64,000 nucleotides of DNA from Alphaproteobacteria bacterium (GTDB taxonomy: Bacteria > Pseudomonadota > Alphaproteobacteria > MPNO01 > UBA830): the NCBI GenBank assembly GCA_965243135.1, contig OZ251539.1:4736001-4800000 (forward strand), written 5' to 3'. This document shows positions 50,580 through 60,346 of this stretch, piece after piece. Made by a program: the position numbers and the translations under genes. The notes under the pieces were generated by a model. It was not told where the DNA came from. It was given only the letters and a program-made list of their open reading frames with translations, and did no database searches. Position 1 is the stretch's first letter; every line of letters begins with the position of its first letter.

Positions 50580-51179
50580 ATGGACTATCTCCGCGACCCG
50601 GCGGAAATCATGGAGCGTTCGTTCCGGATCGCGCGCGCGGAAACCGACCTTTCGTCCCTGCCGCCCGACATGGCCGAAGTGGCGGTGCGGTTGGTCCACG
50701 CCTGCGGCATGCCGGACATCGTCGCCGATTTGCGCTGGTCGGACGGGGCCGCGGCCAAGGCGCGGTCGGCGCTGGCGGCCGGCGTGTCCGTCATCTGCGA
50801 CTCCCGGATGGTCGCGGCGGGAATCGCCCGGGCGCGCGGCGACGTTCTCTGCATGCTGGGGCTGCCGAACGTCGGCGCGATGGCTGCCGACATGGGCACG
50901 ACCCGATCGGCCGCCCAGGTCGAACTATGGAAGCCTTTCCTGCCCGGCAGCGTCGTCGCCATTGGCAATGCGCCGACCGCGCTGTTCAGGCTGCTCGAGG
51001 TGATCGACGAGGATCCGGGCCGCGAGCCGGCGGCGGTCCTGGCGTTCCCTGTCGGCTTCGTCGGGGCTGCGGAATCCAAGCAGGCGCTGGTGGAGCGAGG
51101 CGTTTCCTGCGTCACGGTTCTCGGCAGGCGCGGCGGCAGCGCGATGGCCGCCGCCGCCGTCAATGCGCTGGCCGGATGA
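50580..51179 (+). CDS. cobH: Precorrin-8X methylmutase
   Basis: YLRDPAEI..RSF, TTRSAA, IGNAPTAL, PVGFVGAAESK, GRRGGSAMAAAAVNA. Confidence 0.96.
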   Translation: MDYLRDPAEIMERSFRIARAETDLSSLPPDMAEVAVRLVHACGMPDIVADLRWSDGAAAKARSALAAGVSVICDSRMVAAGIARARGDVLCMLGLPNVGAMAADMGTTRSAAQVELWKPFLPGSVVAIGNAPTALFRLLEVIDEDPGREPAAVLAFPVGFVGAAESKQALVERGVSCVTVLGRRGGSAMAAAAVNALAG

Positions 51180-52378
51180 AAGCCCGCTGGCTCGCCGTAG
51201 TCGGAATCGGCGAAGACGGAGAGCTGACGGCCCGCGCCCGCGCGCTGATCGACGGAGCGGAGGCGTTGGTGGGCGGCGAGCGGCATCTGGACATGATCCC
51301 GGACGACGGGCGACCGCGCCTGACATGGCCGCGCCCGCTCTCCGGCCTCGTCCCGCGCATCGCCGAACGCCGCGGCCGGCCGGTCTGCGTCCTTGCGACC
51401 GGAGATCCGATGTTCTTCGGCGTCGGCGTGACGCTCGCGCGGCATTTTCCGATCGAAGAAATGGAAATCGTCCCGTCGCCGTCGGCGTTCTCCCTGGCGG
51501 CGGCCCGCATGGGCTGGCCGCTCGCAGAGGTCGAGACGTTGACGCTGCACGGGAGGCCTTCGGCCCTGATCGTGCCCTTTATTTTTCCGGGCGCCCGGCT
51601 GCTGGTGCTGGCCGACGGCTCCGGCACTCCGGCCGAAGTCGCGCGGCTGCTGGTCGAACGGGGATACGGCGGCAGCGCGCTGATCGTTCTTGAGCACATG
51701 GGCGGCGATCGGGAGCGCGGGTTGACCGGCCGGGCGGACTCCTGGAGCCGCGACGACGTGGCGCCTTTCCACACGCTCGCGGTCGAATGCGTCGCCGGCC
51801 CCGGCGCCGTCGTCCTGCCGCGCATGGCCGGGCTGCCCGACGAGACGTTCGCCAGCGACGGCAACGTCACGAGGCGGGAGGTGCGCGCGGCGACCCTGGC
51901 CGCGCTGGCGCCGTTGCCGGGCCAGCGCCTTTGGGACGTCGGCGCGGGTTGCGGTTCGGTCGCCGTCGAGTGGATGCGCGCGCATGCCGGCAACCGGGCG
52001 ATCGCCGTCGAAAGGAAACCGGCCCGCGCCGCGCTGATCGGGCGCAACGCGACCGCGCTCGGCGCGCCCCGCCTCGAAATCGTCCAGGGCGAGGCGCCGG
52101 CGGCGCTGGCGGCGCTGGATCCGCCCGACGCGGTGTTCGTCGGCGGAGGCGCCGCCGTTCCCGGCCTGCTCGATCGATGCTGGGCCGCGCTGCCGATCGA
52201 CGGCCGCCTGGTCGCCAATGCGGTGACGCTGGAAGGCGAGACGGCGCTCGCGCGGTTTCGCGCGGAGCGCGGCGGCGCGTTGTGCAGGATCTCCGTGTCC
52301 CGCGCCGAGCCGGTCGGGTCCTTCACCGGCTGGCGGCCGGCCATGACCGTCACGCAATACGCCGCGGTCAAGACCTGA
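51176..52378 (+). CDS. cobL: Precorrin-6Y C5,15-methyltransferase (decarboxylating), CbiE-CbiT fusion
   Basis: VVGIGEDG, LATGDPMFFGVG, LWDVGAGCGSVAVEW, PDAVFVGGG, NAVTLE. Confidence 0.95.
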   Translation: MKARWLAVVGIGEDGELTARARALIDGAEALVGGERHLDMIPDDGRPRLTWPRPLSGLVPRIAERRGRPVCVLATGDPMFFGVGVTLARHFPIEEMEIVPSPSAFSLAAARMGWPLAEVETLTLHGRPSALIVPFIFPGARLLVLADGSGTPAEVARLLVERGYGGSALIVLEHMGGDRERGLTGRADSWSRDDVAPFHTLAVECVAGPGAVVLPRMAGLPDETFASDGNVTRREVRAATLAALAPLPGQRLWDVGAGCGSVAVEWMRAHAGNRAIAVERKPARAALIGRNATALGAPRLEIVQGEAPAALAALDPPDAVFVGGGAAVPGLLDRCWAALPIDGRLVANAVTLEGETALARFRAERGGALCRISVSRAEPVGSFTGWRPAMTVTQYAAVKT

Positions 52379-53091
52379 TGGCCCGCGCCCCCGGCACGTT
52401 GTTCGGCGTCGGGGTCGGACCCGGAGACCCTGAACTGGTGACCTTGAAGGCGCTCCGCATCCTTCGCGCCGTTCCCGTCGTCGCATGGCCGGCGCCCGAA
52501 AGCGGCCCGAGCCTGGCGCGCCGGATCGCCGCGCCGCATCTCCCCGGCGCGCAGCGCGAAATTCCGATCCGCATGCCGCTGACGCCGGAACGCTTTCCGT
52601 CCGGGGGCGTCTACGACAGGGCGGCCGGCGAAATCGCGGCGGCGCTCGACGCCGGAGAGGACGTCGCCGCGATCTGCGAAGGCGACCCGTTTCTCTACGG
52701 CTCCTTCATTTATCTGTTCGGTCGCCTGTCGGAAACCTACCGAACCGAGATCGTCCCCGGGGTTTCGTCGCTGACGGCGTGCGCGGCGGCGTTGGGGGCG
52801 CCGCTGGCGGCGCGCAACGACTCGTTGGCGGTGATCCCCGGACCGTTGCCGGAAACGGCGATGGCGGAGCGGCTCGCCGCGGCGGACGCGGCTGCGTTCG
52901 TGAAGGTGGGACGGCACGCCGGGAAGATCCGCGCCTTGCTGGAGAAGTCGGGGCTTGCCGGCTCGGCGCGCTACGTCGAACATGCGACGATGCCCGACCA
53001 GCGAATTCTTCCTCTTTCCGAAGCGAGCGCGAAAGGCGCGCCCTATTTTTCGATGATCCTGGTGCACCGCCGCGGCTCGGCATGGCTGTGA
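52378..53091 (+). CDS. cobI: Precorrin-2 C20-methyltransferase
   Basis: GVGVGPGDPELVTLKA, CEGDPFLYGSF, PYFSMIL. Confidence 0.95.
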   Translation: MARAPGTLFGVGVGPGDPELVTLKALRILRAVPVVAWPAPESGPSLARRIAAPHLPGAQREIPIRMPLTPERFPSGGVYDRAAGEIAAALDAGEDVAAICEGDPFLYGSFIYLFGRLSETYRTEIVPGVSSLTACAAALGAPLAARNDSLAVIPGPLPETAMAERLAAADAAAFVKVGRHAGKIRALLEKSGLAGSARYVEHATMPDQRILPLSEASAKGAPYFSMILVHRRGSAWL

Positions 53092-54887
53092 ACGAGGGAA
53101 CGGCCGGCCGGCCGGCCGTCGTCGCGCTCGGACGGGAAGGCGCGCGGACCGCCCGCAGGATCGCCCGGCTTCTGCCGGGAGCCGAGGTCCACGGGCTGGC
53201 GCGGCGGATTCCCGACGCGGACGTCGCGTTCGAGGACGCCGGCGCCCACCTGCGCGCGCTCTTCGCGGCGGGCCGGCCGGTCGTCGGCGTTTGCGCCGCG
53301 GGCATCCTGATCCGGGCGATCGCGCCTGCGCTTTCGGACAAGCGCGGCGAACCTCCCGTCGTCGCGGTGGCCGGCGACGGGTCCGCCGTCGCGCCGTTGC
53401 TCGGCGGCCATCGCGGCGCGAACGACCTCGCGCGGCGCATCGCCGGACTGTTCGGAGTCGCGCCCGCGGTCACGACCGCCGGCGACGCGCGTTTCGGGGC
53501 GGCGTTCGACGATCCGCCTCCCGGATGGACCCTGGCCAATCGCGGCGACGCGAAGGAGTTCGCGGCGGCGCTGCTGAACGGAGCGGCGGTGCGGTTTCCC
53601 GCCGGCGCGCCGTCCTTTCTCGAATGCGCGGCCGTTCCGCGGGACGACCGCGGATCGCTGCGGATCACGGCCACGGAACGCGCGGTTTCCGGCGGCCCCC
53701 GCCATCTGGTCTACCATCCCGCCTGCCTCGCCGTCGGCGTCGGCTGCGAAAGGGGCGCGGCGCCCGGCGAACTGACGGCGCTCGTCGGACGTGCGCTCGC
53801 GGAAGCTGGCCTCGCGGAAGCCGCGGTCGCCGGCGTGTTTTCCCTGGATCTGAAATCCGACGAGCCCGCGGTGCACGCGTCGGCGGCGGCGCTGGGCGTG
53901 GAGGCCCGGTTCTTCGACGCCGCGGCACTGGAAGCCGAGGCGCCGCGCCTCGCGTCCCCGTCCGAAGCGGTGTTCCGGGCGGTCGGTTGCCACGGCGTCG
54001 CGGAGGGCGCCGCTCTGGCCGCCTCCGGCGCCTCCGGCGAGTTGATCGTTCCCAAGCGCAAGTCCGGCCGGACGACGTGCGCCGTCGCGATGTCGCCGGA
54101 GCCGATCGATCCGTTCCGCGCCGGTCGGCCGCGCGGCCGGCTGCTGATCGCCGGCATCGGTCCGGGAGGCGACGGCTGGATGACCGCGGAATGCCGGGAG
54201 GCGGTGGCGGCCGCGACCGATCTCGTGGGATACGGCCGCTATCTCGATCTGCTCGGCGACCGGACGCGGGGGAAGGCGCTGCACGAATTCCGGCTGGGCG
54301 AGGAGGCGGCGCGCGCGCGGCTGGCCCTCGACCTCGCGGCGCGCGGCAGGACCGTCGCGCTGGTTTCGTCCGGCGATCCCGGGATCTACGCCATGGCGTC
54401 GCTCGTCTTCGAACTGATCGATACGGAGGAACGCGCCGAATGGCGGCAGCCGGAAATCGCGGTCTGTCCGGGCGTGTCCGCGCTCCAGGCCGCGGCCGCC
54501 CGCGCCGGAGCGCCGCTCGGAAACGATTTCTGCGCCGTGTCGCTATCCGACCTCCTGACGCCGTGGGCGGCGATCGAGCGCCGCGTGCGCGCCGCCGCCG
54601 CGGGAGACTTCGTGGTCGCCTTCTACAATCCCGTTTCCCGGCGCCGGGACTGGCAACTTGCGGAGGCCTGCAGAATCCTGCTCGAAGTTCGCCCGCCCGC
54701 GACGCCGGCCGTGGTCGCCCGCAATCTCGGCCGCCCGGAAGAAACCGTGCGGATCTCCACTCTGGGCGAACTCCGGGCGTCGGAAGTCGACATGCTGACG
54801 GTGATCATCGTCGGCTCCTCGGAAACCCGGGCGGCGGGGGACCGCTGGGTCTACACGCCGCGCGGCTACGCCGCGGCCGGCGGATGA
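53082..54887 (+). CDS. cobJ: CbiG-CobJ fusion (precorrin-3B C17-methyltransferase)
   Basis: N-terminal D..EPPVV..LLGGHRGAN and VGVGCERG/GVAEGAAL (CbiG); C-terminal GIGPG, SSGDPGIYAM, SLSDLLTPW, YNPVS, TPRGY. Confidence 0.95.
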   Translation: MAVNEGTAGRPAVVALGREGARTARRIARLLPGAEVHGLARRIPDADVAFEDAGAHLRALFAAGRPVVGVCAAGILIRAIAPALSDKRGEPPVVAVAGDGSAVAPLLGGHRGANDLARRIAGLFGVAPAVTTAGDARFGAAFDDPPPGWTLANRGDAKEFAAALLNGAAVRFPAGAPSFLECAAVPRDDRGSLRITATERAVSGGPRHLVYHPACLAVGVGCERGAAPGELTALVGRALAEAGLAEAAVAGVFSLDLKSDEPAVHASAAALGVEARFFDAAALEAEAPRLASPSEAVFRAVGCHGVAEGAALAASGASGELIVPKRKSGRTTCAVAMSPEPIDPFRAGRPRGRLLIAGIGPGGDGWMTAECREAVAAATDLVGYGRYLDLLGDRTRGKALHEFRLGEEAARARLALDLAARGRTVALVSSGDPGIYAMASLVFELIDTEERAEWRQPEIAVCPGVSALQAAAARAGAPLGNDFCAVSLSDLLTPWAAIERRVRAAAAGDFVVAFYNPVSRRRDWQLAEACRILLEVRPPATPAVVARNLGRPEETVRISTLGELRASEVDMLTVIIVGSSETRAAGDRWVYTPRGYAAAGG

Positions 54888-55654
54888 CGGTCTGGTTCGT
54901 CGGCGCCGGGCCGGGCGCTCCCGACTTGCTGACCATTCGCGGACGCGAGGTCATCGCGCGATGTCCGGTTTGCCTCTACGCCGGATCGCTGGTGCCACCG
55001 GCGGTGATCGCGCACGCGCCGGCGGGTGCGAGGGTCGTGGACACCGCGCCGATGACGCTCGACGAGATCGTCGCGGAGATCGAGGCGGCCCACGCCGAAG
55101 GCCGGGACGTCGCGCGCGTGCATTCGGGCGACCCGTCGCTCTACGGCGCGATCGGCGAACAGATGCGCCGCCTCGACGCCCTGGGCATCGGATACGAGAT
55201 CGTTCCCGGCGTTCCCGCCTACGCGGCGGCGGCGGCCGTTCTGAAGCGGGAGCTGACGCTGCCGGGCGTCGCGCAGACGGTGATCCTGACGCGGACCGCG
55301 ATGAAGTCTTCGCCGATGCCGAACGACGAGGATCTCGAGACGCTCGGCATGTCGGGCGGAACCCTTGCGATCCATCTGTCGGTCCGCAATCTGAAGCGGA
55401 TCTGCGAGGATCTGACCCCGCGCTACGGGCCGGACTGTCCGGTCGCGGTCGTGCATCGCGCGAGCTGGCCCGACGAGCGCGTGGTCCGCGGCACGCTCGC
55501 CGACATTCGCGGCAAGGTGCGCGCCGCGAAAATCACCCGCACGGCCCTTGTGATCGTCGGCCGCGCGCTCGACGCTCCCGGCTTCCGGGATTCGGCGCTC
55601 TACGATCCCGGGCACGCGCATGTGTTGCGTCCCCGGCGAAAAGGAGCGCCGTAA
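54884..55654 (+). CDS. cobM: Precorrin-4 C11-methyltransferase
   Basis: FVGAGPGAPDLLT, LYAGSLV, RVHSGDPSLYGAIGEQ, SALYD. Confidence 0.96.
   Translation: MTVWFVGAGPGAPDLLTIRGREVIARCPVCLYAGSLVPPAVIAHAPAGARVVDTAPMTLDEIVAEIEAAHAEGRDVARVHSGDPSLYGAIGEQMRRLDALGIGYEIVPGVPAYAAAAAVLKRELTLPGVAQTVILTRTAMKSSPMPNDEDLETLGMSGGTLAIHLSVRNLKRICEDLTPRYGPDCPVAVVHRASWPDERVVRGTLADIRGKVRAAKITRTALVIVGRALDAPGFRDSALYDPGHAHVLRPRRKGAP
55519..55640 (+). repeat. Direct repeat copy 1 (3' end of cobM)
   Basis: GCGCGCCGCGAAAATCACCCGCACGGCCCTTG... recurs at 56293. Confidence 0.9.
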
Positions 55655-55897
55655 GGCACCGGAACGGCGAGGCCGGTCCGGTTCGACCGGCCACGGCCTA
55701 CTTCGCAAGCTCCGAACGTCGGAAGCGAATTCTCCGCACGCCGAAGGGCGAGCGGACCGGCGAGGTTACGCGGCTCCGTCGCCGGAGCGATTTTCGGTCA
55801 AGGCGGGAACGACTTGCTTGGCCGCAGGACCCGATATCGCATCTTCGCCTGCGCCTTGGTAGGAAAAGGCAACTTTTTTCGTTGCGCGAGGTTCGCC

Positions 55898-56185
55898 ATG
55901 CCCTTGGTCACCGTGAAACCGAAGTTCCAGGTCACCATCCCGGCCAGGCTGCATAGAGGGCTGCGCGAGGGCGATCTCCTGGAGGCCACCGTTGTCGGAG
56001 ACGGCATCCTCCTGCGTCCCAGGGAGGCGGTGGACCGAAACGCGGCCGCCGACCGAATTGCGTCCATTCTCGCGCGGGTCGATCCCTTGCTCGAAGATGC
56101 CGACCGTTCCGAGGACGAAATCATGGAAGACGTCATCGCCGACATCGCCCGAGCTCGCAGCGAGCGCCGCGCCCGCGAAACGTGA
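55898..56185 (+). CDS. AbrB/MazE/SpoVT-family antitoxin
   Basis: LVTVKPKFQVTIPA...LREGDLLE...GILLRP. Confidence 0.88.
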   Translation: MPLVTVKPKFQVTIPARLHRGLREGDLLEATVVGDGILLRPREAVDRNAAADRIASILARVDPLLEDADRSEDEIMEDVIADIARARSERRARET

Positions 56186-56292
56186 GGATTGACTGCAACG
56201 TTCCCGTTTCGGCGGCGAGAGGAACCTGCGCCAAGGTCGTCCGCGACGTCGTGCTCTCCGAGCCCATTGTCGATGAGCACGAGGGGAACGAC
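56182..56292 (+). pseudogene. Truncated PIN-family toxin
   Basis: GTGA-coupled MRIDCNV.VSAA..GTC..VVLSEPIVDE, cut off by the cobM repeat. Confidence 0.7.
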
Positions 56293-56401
56293 GCGCGCCG
56301 CGAAAATCACCCGCACGGCCCTTGCGATCGCCGGCCGCGCGCTCGACGCTTCCGGGATTCGGCGCTCTGCGATCCCGGGCGCGCGCTGCGTCCTCGGCGA
56401 A
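56293..56401 (+). repeat. Direct repeat copy 2 (degenerate cobM 3' end)
   Basis: Same sequence as 55519-55640 with substitutions and two short deletions. Confidence 0.9.
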
Positions 56402-56529
56402 CGCAGGAAGGCTTTCGAACGGGAGCGGAGACCAGCCCCGCTCGACCTGTGAAGACCTCGCCGGAGAAGCGGCAAAAGGACGGAACGCCCTGCCGTCCCG
56501 GCGGCCGGCGACGAGCGGCCTGCGCCGCG

Positions 56530-57297
56530 CTACCAGGCCGTCCAGCCGCCGTCGATCACGATCGAAGCGCCGGTTATCAGCGCCGAGGCGGGGGACGCGA
56601 GGAAGACCACGGCTCCCATGATGTCGGCGAGCTCGCCGAGCCGTCCCATCGGTATGCGCGCGAGCGTGTCGGCCTTGAAGGCTTCGTTCTCGAAAAAGGG
56701 GCGGGTCATCGGCGTCAGAATGAAAGTCGGACCGATGGAGTTGACGCGGACGCCGGAGGGCGCGAGTTCGACCCCCATCGCCTTGGTCAGCCCCTCCACG
56801 GCATGCTTCGAGGCGCAGTAAACGGTGCGCGTCGGACCGCCTACATGCCCCATCTGGGACGACATGTGGATGATCGAGCCGCCCTCGCCCACCGCGATCA
56901 TCCTGCGCGCCGCGGTCTGGGAAACGAAGAACAACGCCTTGACGTTGAGATCCATAATGCGGTCGTAATTGTTCTCCGACACGTCGACCAGCGGCTGCGG
57001 AACGTTGGTGCCGGCGTTGTTGACGAGAATGTCGATCCTGTCGAGGCCGCCGATCCGTTCCTCGATCTGCGCGCGGTCGGTAACGTCGCAGACGAGCGGG
57101 CGCGCGGCGCCGCCTTCCGCCGCGATCTCGCCGGCCAGTTCCTGCAAATCGCTTTCGGTGCGGCTTACGAGCACCACCTCCGCGCCAGCCTGCGCGAGCG
57201 CCCGCGAGGCGGCGCGCCCGAGGCCGCGCCCGGCGCCCGTCACGACGGCCGTCTTTCCGTCCACCCTCATTTCCGGCGTGCGCAAGGCTTCCTGCAT
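56530..57297 (-). CDS. SDR family oxidoreductase
   Basis: TGAGRGLG, LVNNAG, SSQMGHVG, YCASK. Confidence 0.93.
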   Translation of the reverse strand: MQEALRTPEMRVDGKTAVVTGAGRGLGRAASRALAQAGAEVVLVSRTESDLQELAGEIAAEGGAARPLVCDVTDRAQIEERIGGLDRIDILVNNAGTNVPQPLVDVSENNYDRIMDLNVKALFFVSQTAARRMIAVGEGGSIIHMSSQMGHVGGPTRTVYCASKHAVEGLTKAMGVELAPSGVRVNSIGPTFILTPMTRPFFENEAFKADTLARIPMGRLGELADIMGAVVFLASPASALITGASIVIDGGWTAW

Positions 57298-57379
57298 TCC
57301 GTCCTCCCGCTTGACATCGCGACGCTCGTCCAACCTAATGTCCGTCGTACGGGACGACAAACAAGCAGGATGCGCCGCG

Positions 57380-58345
57380 ATGGTCCATAAGCATTCGGAC
57401 GGCAAGCTAGACATGAACATCCTTCGCGAAACGGCGGAGCGATGCAAGAACTGGGGCAAATGGGGACCCGACGACGAAGCGGGCACGCTCAACTACGTCC
57501 GTCCGGAAGACGTGATCGCCGCCGCCGGGCTGATCAGGAAGGGCAAGGTTTTCTCGCTCGGCCTCAACTTCGACAGAAACGGCCCGCAGGTCGGCCTGTG
57601 GGGCAGCCGGTTCAACCCGATTCACACGATGCTCGCGACCGGCACCGACGCGGTCGCCGGCAATCAGGACGAGGGCGGAATCCGCTACGCCGACGACATG
57701 GTTTCGTTGCCGCTGCAATGCGGCACCCAGTGGGACGCGCTCGGCCACATCTTCTACGACGACAAGATGTGGAACGGTTACGACGCCGCCCTGGTCGATT
57801 CGGACGGCGCCAAGAGGAACGGCATCGAGAAGGTGAAGGACCGCATGGTCGGCCGCGGAGTGCTGCTCGACATGGCCCGCCATCTCGGCGTCGAGGCGCT
57901 GCAGGAGGGCGACGCCGTATCGAGGACCGATCTCGACGCCTGCGCCGCCGCGCAGGGCGTCGAGGTCCGCAGGGGCGATTTCCTGCTGGTCCGCACCGGC
58001 ATGATGGAGGAGCGGCTGCGCGACGGATGGGGAGGCTACGCCGGCGGCGACGCGCCGGGGCTGTCCTTCGACACCGCCGAGTGGCTGCACGAGAAGGAGG
58101 TCGCCGCCATCTGCTGCGACACCTGGGGATGCGAGGTGCGGCCCAACGAAACGACCGAGGCGCAGCAGCCTTGGCATTGGGTGGTCATTCCGATGATCGG
58201 CATCACGATGGGCGAAATCTTCGTCATGGGAGAACTGGCCGAAGACTGCGTCGGCGACGGGGTCTGGGATTTCTTCTTCTGCGCGCCGCCGCTGCCGATC
58301 ACCGGCGGCGTGGGATCGCCCATCAATCCCATCGCGATCAAGTAG
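57380..58345 (+). CDS. Cyclase family (kynurenine formamidase-like) metal-dependent hydrolase
   Basis: [48 protein letters not shown]. Confidence 0.9.
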   Translation: MVHKHSDGKLDMNILRETAERCKNWGKWGPDDEAGTLNYVRPEDVIAAAGLIRKGKVFSLGLNFDRNGPQVGLWGSRFNPIHTMLATGTDAVAGNQDEGGIRYADDMVSLPLQCGTQWDALGHIFYDDKMWNGYDAALVDSDGAKRNGIEKVKDRMVGRGVLLDMARHLGVEALQEGDAVSRTDLDACAAAQGVEVRRGDFLLVRTGMMEERLRDGWGGYAGGDAPGLSFDTAEWLHEKEVAAICCDTWGCEVRPNETTEAQQPWHWVVIPMIGITMGEIFVMGELAEDCVGDGVWDFFFCAPPLPITGGVGSPINPIAIK

Positions 58346-58371
58346 AAGCCGGCGGAATTTCTGGAGGCGTC

Positions 58372-59679
58372 GTGGCCGAATATCTGAAGAAGCGGGTCGG
58401 GGAGGCCGAGACGAAGGAGGCCGATGCGCGAGTGCGGCGCACGGTCGAGGAAATCCTCGCCGACATCGAGAGCCGCGGCGACGCCGCGATCCGCGATCTG
58501 TCCCGCAAGTTCGACGACTGGTCGCCCGAGAGCTTCCGCCTCGACGAGGAGGAGATCGCCGGCCTCGTGGCGTCCGTTCCCGCGGAAACGATCGCCGACA
58601 TCGAATTCGCCCAGGCGCAGGTGCGCAATTTCGCGCGGATCCAGCGCGAGGCGATCAGGGACGTCGAGGTCGAGACCTTGCCCGGCGTCCGGCTCGGCCA
58701 TCGCAACATTCCGGTCAACTCCGTCGGCTGCTACGTGCCGGGCGGACGCTATCCGATGGTGGCGTCCGCGCACATGAGCGTGGTGACCGCGAAGGTCGCG
58801 GGCGTGAAGCGCATCGTCGCCTGCACGCCGCCGACCCAGGGCAAGCCGCATCCGGAGACCATCGCCGCCATGCATCTCGGCGGCGCCGACGAAATCCATC
58901 TTCTTGGCGGCGTCCAGGCGATCGGCGCGATGGCGCTGGGCGCGGGATCCATCGACGCCGTCGACATGCTGGTGGGGCCGGGCAACGCCTACGTCGCCGA
59001 GGCCAAGCGCCAGCTTTACGGCCGCGTGGGCATCGACCTGTTCGCGGGGCCTACGGAAATTCTCGTCGTCGCCGACGAGACGGCGGACGCGGAAATGGTC
59101 GCGACCGACCTCCTCGGGCAGGCCGAGCACGGTCCGACCTCGCCCGCGACCCTCGTCACGACGTCGCCGCGGCTGGCCGGCGAACTGACGGCCGAGATCG
59201 AGCGCCAGCTCGCGCGCCTGCCGACCGCCGATGTCGCCGGCGCGGCATGGCGGGATTTCGGCGAGATCATCCTCGTCGCCGACTTCGACGAGGCCGTCGC
59301 CGAAGCCGATCGCATCGCCGCCGAGCACGTGGAGGTGCTTACCGCCGAACCGCGCCGTTTTCTCGAAAGCATGACGAATTACGGCTCTCTTTTCCTGGGT
59401 CCCGAAACCAACGTTTCCTACGGCGACAAGGTGATCGGCACCAACCACACGCTGCCCACGAAGGGCGCGGCCCGTTACACGGGCGGTCTCTGGGTGGGCA
59501 AGTTCCTCAAGACGTGCACCTGGCAGGAGTGCACCGAGGAGGCGAGCGTCGTGATCGGCGACTACTGCTCGCGGTTGTGCGCGATCGAGAAGTTCTGGGG
59601 CCACAAGGAACAGGCCGATCTGCGGCTGCGCCGTTACGGCGGCCGCAATACCGGACTTGAAGCGGCCGGACAGGAGTGA
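58372..59679 (+). CDS. Histidinol dehydrogenase-like paralogue (HpsN-related, probably catabolic)
   Basis: [48 protein letters not shown]; not in a his operon. Confidence 0.88.
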   Translation: MAEYLKKRVGEAETKEADARVRRTVEEILADIESRGDAAIRDLSRKFDDWSPESFRLDEEEIAGLVASVPAETIADIEFAQAQVRNFARIQREAIRDVEVETLPGVRLGHRNIPVNSVGCYVPGGRYPMVASAHMSVVTAKVAGVKRIVACTPPTQGKPHPETIAAMHLGGADEIHLLGGVQAIGAMALGAGSIDAVDMLVGPGNAYVAEAKRQLYGRVGIDLFAGPTEILVVADETADAEMVATDLLGQAEHGPTSPATLVTTSPRLAGELTAEIERQLARLPTADVAGAAWRDFGEIILVADFDEAVAEADRIAAEHVEVLTAEPRRFLESMTNYGSLFLGPETNVSYGDKVIGTNHTLPTKGAARYTGGLWVGKFLKTCTWQECTEEASVVIGDYCSRLCAIEKFWGHKEQADLRLRRYGGRNTGLEAAGQE

Positions 59680-59683
59680 AGCG

Positions 59684-60193
59684 ATGACAGGCGAAATGAA
59701 CGAGCGAGTCGCGCGGTTCGAGGAGCTGCGGCCTTCGAAGCAGGCGTTCGTCGACACCCGCATCCCGGAGCATGCGCGCGACATCTACAACGTGATCGGC
59801 CGGGGGGTGACGGAAGATCCGGAACTCCGGCCCGCCATCGCCGCGGCGGAGGGATTCAACGTCACCTACGTGGGGGCCGAACCCGGCAAGGGCGCTGCGC
59901 TGCACGCGCATCCCACCGTGGAGGTGTTCATCCCGATGAGCGGCAGGTGGGCCGTCTTCTGGGGCGACGAAGGGGAAAACGAGGTCGAGCTCGACGCGTT
60001 CGACTGCATTTCCGTGCCCGTGGGAATCATGCGCGGTTTCCGCAACGTCGGCGACGGGCACGCCTATCTGATGGCCATTCTCGGCGGAACCGACGCGGGC
60101 CGGGTCGACTGGGCCGAGTCCGTATTGAAGAGGGCCAAGGAAACCGGTCTCGGTCTCGACGCCGAAGGAAACGTCGTCGCGGCGGCGGAATAA
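59684..60193 (+). CDS. Cupin domain protein
   Basis: PGKGAALHAHPTVEVF, DCISVPVGIMRGFRN. Confidence 0.88.
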   Translation: MTGEMNERVARFEELRPSKQAFVDTRIPEHARDIYNVIGRGVTEDPELRPAIAAAEGFNVTYVGAEPGKGAALHAHPTVEVFIPMSGRWAVFWGDEGENEVELDAFDCISVPVGIMRGFRNVGDGHAYLMAILGGTDAGRVDWAESVLKRAKETGLGLDAEGNVVAAAE

Positions 60194-60346
60194 CGCGCGA
60201 CATCCGCCGACAATCTTGAGCGAACGCCCGCTGCCGCCGTCGCGGCGGAGCGGAACGTTCGCGCGTCGAGGGGAGCGGACGGGAAGCTTGCGGCCGGTCC
60301 GACAGGCCGGTCGCGTCGCTGCCGCTCTCTCCGCTTCCGCCGCAGG

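Noticed and set aside
58372-59679. Assigning hisD or hpsN
   Set aside because: Motifs and context fit neither with certainty; left as a HisD-like paralogue.
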